DNA of 15,053 nt from IMG/VR virus record IMGVR_UViG_3300032053_000003, positions 222,392 to 237,444 of that record, one strand, 5' to 3'. Source of the DNA: a virus. Positions 13,119 to 15,053 of this stretch are shown piece by piece; positions within the stretch are counted from its first letter, which is position 1; each line of letters starts with the position of its first letter. The position numbers and the translations under genes are program-made. Below the pieces are notes generated by a model. It was not told the DNA's origin. It saw only the letters and a program-made list of their open reading frames with translations, and did no database searches.

Positions 13119-13205
13119 TGAGGTGAATGAATGACATTGATATTGCTAAGAAGGAAGAGAAGAAGGAATCTTTAATCAAGGGGGTCATCCCATAGGAGGT
13201 ATATT

Positions 13206-13679
13206 ATGTCAGTATCCAGTGACTTTTTGAAAAGAGTGGGGAATGATTGTAATATTTTTGAGGTGGATACGAAGATAAATAAGAAACATCCTATGTACCA
13301 GAGGGGCAGGGATGACGCTGCTAACTTTAGTTATATCCCTGACTTCAAGGATGATGAAGAGAAGAGGCACTGGGAAGCAGGGTATAAGGATGGCAAGATC
13401 AAGAAGGAATCCTCATTAGGGTTGTTTAACCAGTCCCAGGCCCATCATTTTGTATCTCTCTATGAGGATAAATGGTCTGGTGATGTAGAGACCAAGAAGC
13501 ATCCCCCTGAAGGGAAGTTCACTCAGGGTGCTGAAGCTATTGCCAAGTGGTTGAAGTCATCCCACAAGAGCTTGAAGTCTGCTGTGGCTGCTCTTAATTT
13601 CTACCATAACAGGAATCCCAAGAACATGTCTAAAGACAAGCATGATCAGATCCTGGGTATGCTTCATACGGCTTTTTAA
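13206..13679 (+). CDS. hypothetical protein, C-terminus resembling DUF3175 (…SAVAALNFYHNRNPKNM…)
   Basis: SD ataggaggtatattATG. KSLKSAVAALNFYHNRNPKNMSKDKHDQILGMLHTAF resembles the LnFYINRAGknL signature. The assignment is from memory. Confidence 0.5.
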   Translation: MSVSSDFLKRVGNDCNIFEVDTKINKKHPMYQRGRDDAANFSYIPDFKDDEEKRHWEAGYKDGKIKKESSLGLFNQSQAHHFVSLYEDKWSGDVETKKHPPEGKFTQGAEAIAKWLKSSHKSLKSAVAALNFYHNRNPKNMSKDKHDQILGMLHTAF

Positions 13680-13723
13680 GAGGGAGCTTCAAGGTTATCA
13701 ATCTTTTAAATTAGGAAGGGTTT

Positions 13724-14299
13724 ATGGGTAATGTGAGCAGTATAAAAGTAAAGAACAGTAGTGTCGTTTCCATAACCGATGCCCTTAGTACCCTCAGGGG
13801 AAACAAGGCACGGTTGAGGAGACAGAAGGGTAGGGCAAGTGTAGCCAAAGAGCCTAAGGAGCCTGGACTGCATGGTAAGAATGTCCCTGGCTTCCCTATC
13901 ATTGATGGTTTGGATGAAGAGAAGACCATCATAGGCAAGGGGATAGTGGCCCTGAACAGGGCATTGTTTGAGCAGACTCTCTATGAGTCAGAACGGCTTG
14001 GTAAGATCAGGAAGATACTGTCCAAGGTTGAAGTGAACCTGCTGGATGAGAAGGCATTTGATAAGCTTGATGTTGCTCAGAAGATGAAGATCTTTGAAGT
14101 GCTCCGTAAGGACTCTGAGACTACCGTTAACTTCCTGGAGAGGATGCAGAGGAACTCCATGCAGGTTATGGTAGTTTTTGAGATCTATAAAAAGCTGATG
14201 GAGACAATTATACCTGATGATGGGAAGGGTCTTCCTGCTGATATTGATAAGAGTAAGCTCATCCAGGTTCGTGGTGCTCTCCTTGAGATGATTAAGTGA
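13724..14299 (+). CDS. hypothetical protein; C-terminal 14 aa (KLIQVRGALLEMIK) identical to gene 14677-14907
   Basis: SD aggaagggtttATG. 191 aa, basic N-terminus, helical C-terminus. Its stop overlaps the start of the next gene (TGATG). Confidence 0.6.
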   Translation: MGNVSSIKVKNSSVVSITDALSTLRGNKARLRRQKGRASVAKEPKEPGLHGKNVPGFPIIDGLDEEKTIIGKGIVALNRALFEQTLYESERLGKIRKILSKVEVNLLDEKAFDKLDVAQKMKIFEVLRKDSETTVNFLERMQRNSMQVMVVFEIYKKLMETIIPDDGKGLPADIDKSKLIQVRGALLEMIK

Positions 14300-14305
14300 T
14301 GAGTA
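14255..14305 (+). repeat. 51-nt direct repeat (copy A), 50/51 identical to 14863-14913, spanning a gene 3' end, stop/start overlap and the next gene's first codons
   Basis: aagctcatccaggttcgtggtgctctCcttgagatgattaagtgatgagta versus the same sequence with one C-to-T change. Confidence 0.9.
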
Positions 14306-14676
14306 GAGCTAAACAGTTTTTAGAGCAACATGACTTGATCGAGAATATCAAGAAGTTCCTGTTTACAGAAGATGGATATGATACCTGGGAAGAGTTTGTT
14401 GATCATCAGGAGATTGGTAACTGTCAAGGTATTGCTGCTTCTATAGTTAGGAAATTCCCACAGGCTAAGAAGGTTTTCGGAGAGATTGATGTTGAAGAGT
14501 CCTATGTGGATGACAAGGGAGAGGAACAGGACAAGGTAACACATCACTGGATTAAAATAGGCAAAGATACCTATGACTTTTCTAAAGGTACTTTGAAAGA
14601 TTATATTACCTTCGATGATATCTATGATCCGGAAATAGAGGATGTAAGTATCTATCATCCTATATCTGGTGGTTAA
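14296..14676 (+). CDS. hypothetical protein (MMSRAKQFL…); possible Cys/His active-site pair (NCQGIAASIV … THHWIKIG)
   Basis: Start is GTG 14296 or ATG 14299, overlapping the upstream TGA. 126 aa. Its N-terminus is paralogous to the partial gene at 14907. Confidence 0.55.
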   Translation: MMSRAKQFLEQHDLIENIKKFLFTEDGYDTWEEFVDHQEIGNCQGIAASIVRKFPQAKKVFGEIDVEESYVDDKGEEQDKVTHHWIKIGKDTYDFSKGTLKDYITFDDIYDPEIEDVSIYHPISGG

Positions 14677-14907
14677 ATGAATACTACTCCCATGAACATA
14701 GATCCGAAGATTCGGAAGGCTGTAAAGAAGCTCTCTAAAGAGGAGGCATCTTTTCTCCTGTCTGATATTGAGGGTTACAAAGAGCCTTTAGTTGATATCA
14801 ACCAGTTCATAGAGGACCCTGAATATTTGGGTGGTATCCTGAAGGATGAGAACGGTAAGACCAAGCTCATCCAGGTTCGTGGTGCTCTTCTTGAGATGAT
14901 TAAGTGA
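14677..14907 (+). CDS. hypothetical small protein; C-terminal tail paralog of 13724-14299
   Basis: ATG directly after the upstream TAA. 76 aa ending ...GKTKLIQVRGALLEMIK. Confidence 0.55.
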   Translation: MNTTPMNIDPKIRKAVKKLSKEEASFLLSDIEGYKEPLVDINQFIEDPEYLGGILKDENGKTKLIQVRGALLEMIK

Positions 14908-14913
14908 TGAGTA
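14863..14913 (+). repeat. 51-nt direct repeat (copy B) of 14255-14305
   Basis: See copy A. The two copies lie 608 nt apart at equivalent gene junctions. Confidence 0.9.
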
Positions 14914-15053
14914 AAGCCAGGTCTTTCCTTTTAAAGGTTCAGGAAAGTAATAAGGTTTCCAATGAAGAAGTATATAGTATGGTTCAAAAGATACATAGGA
15001 ACCATGATGACTTTGCTGAGGGTGATCTGGGAAAGAGGCTGGATAAGTATGAT
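14907..15053 (+). CDS. hypothetical protein, 3'-truncated at window edge (MSKARSFLLKVQ…), paralog of 14296-14676
   Basis: The ATG overlaps the upstream TGA in the same TGATGAGTA context as at 14297. The frame is open to the window end. Confidence 0.45.
   Translation, partial: MSKARSFLLKVQESNKVSNEEVYSMVQKIHRNHDDFAEGDLGKRLDKYD

Noticed and set aside
13127-13195. 22-aa ORF MNDIDIAKKEEKKESLIKGVIP between the sigma-like gene and gene 13206
   Set aside because: The SD-like gaggtg is only 1 nt from the ATG. The reading frame is short and lysine-rich and is probably just a spacer. It cannot be supported without conservation data.
44-14658. Other opposite-strand ORFs in the track (44-250, 2685-3035, 3122-3391, 4050-4340, 4118-4480, 4631-4840, 5441-5650, 5595-5825, 5617-5943, 6332-6541, 6895-7137, 6915-7106, 8728-9003, 8959-9156, 9015-9251, 12806-13063, 13711-13938, 14320-14658)
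   Set aside because: Each lies fully inside a better-supported gene on the other strand. They have no SD, low-complexity or odd composition, and orientation inconsistent with the strand blocks.
1-15053. Alternative genetic code (TGA or TAG recoded as sense, as in some gut phages)
   Set aside because: Complete domains (SLT, FkbM, ClpX zinc-binding domain, PG_binding_1) are intact under the standard code. TGA, TAA and TAG all act as stops at gene junctions followed by SD and start codons. Only one junction (3189-3194) is in frame across a TGA.

Overview
This window reads as a fragment of a tailed bacteriophage or prophage genome. No host or database match was checked. It is about 40% GC and uses the standard genetic code. 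Genes are tightly packed in strand blocks, most preceded by strong GGAGG-type Shine-Dalgarno sites, with frequent stop/start overlaps (ATGA, TGATG, TTGA, GTGA). No rRNA, tRNA, CRISPR array or transposase was seen. The layout is as follows. (i) Positions 1-3599, + strand: the end of a rightward operon. It holds small unknown proteins, a membrane-anchored SLT lytic transglycosylase and an endolysin with a PG_binding_1 domain and a CHAP/NlpC-P60-type peptidase. (ii) Positions 3553-4017, - strand: a lone gene for an HD-motif (DUF5662-like) protein, convergent with and overlapping the previous operon. (iii) Positions 4109-7886, + strand: an operon starting with an FkbM-family methyltransferase and a YkgJ-type CxxCxxCC metal-cluster protein, followed by small unknowns. 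It contains an internal sigma70-like promoter and a strong hairpin terminator overlapping a promoter for a possibly leaderless gene. (iv) Positions 7921-11241, - strand: a leftward operon of small zinc-binding and Cys-rich proteins. It includes a stand-alone ClpX-type zinc-binding domain, a signal-peptide-bearing Lar-family zinc ribbon, a putative papain-like Cys peptidase and a 225-aa unknown. It also includes a translationally coupled pair of a 40-aa hydrophobic peptide and a Gly/Ala-rich membrane protein, both sitting in a GC-rich patch. (v) Positions 11242-11744: a roughly 500-bp non-coding control region. (vi) Positions 11745 to the end, + strand: an operon starting with a 457-aa protein that has weak sigma-factor-like motifs. 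It continues with a paralogous gene-pair cassette, duplicated in tandem, whose gene junctions share a 51-nt block of near-identical sequence. Most products have no recognisable function. All functional calls rest on motifs recognised by eye.
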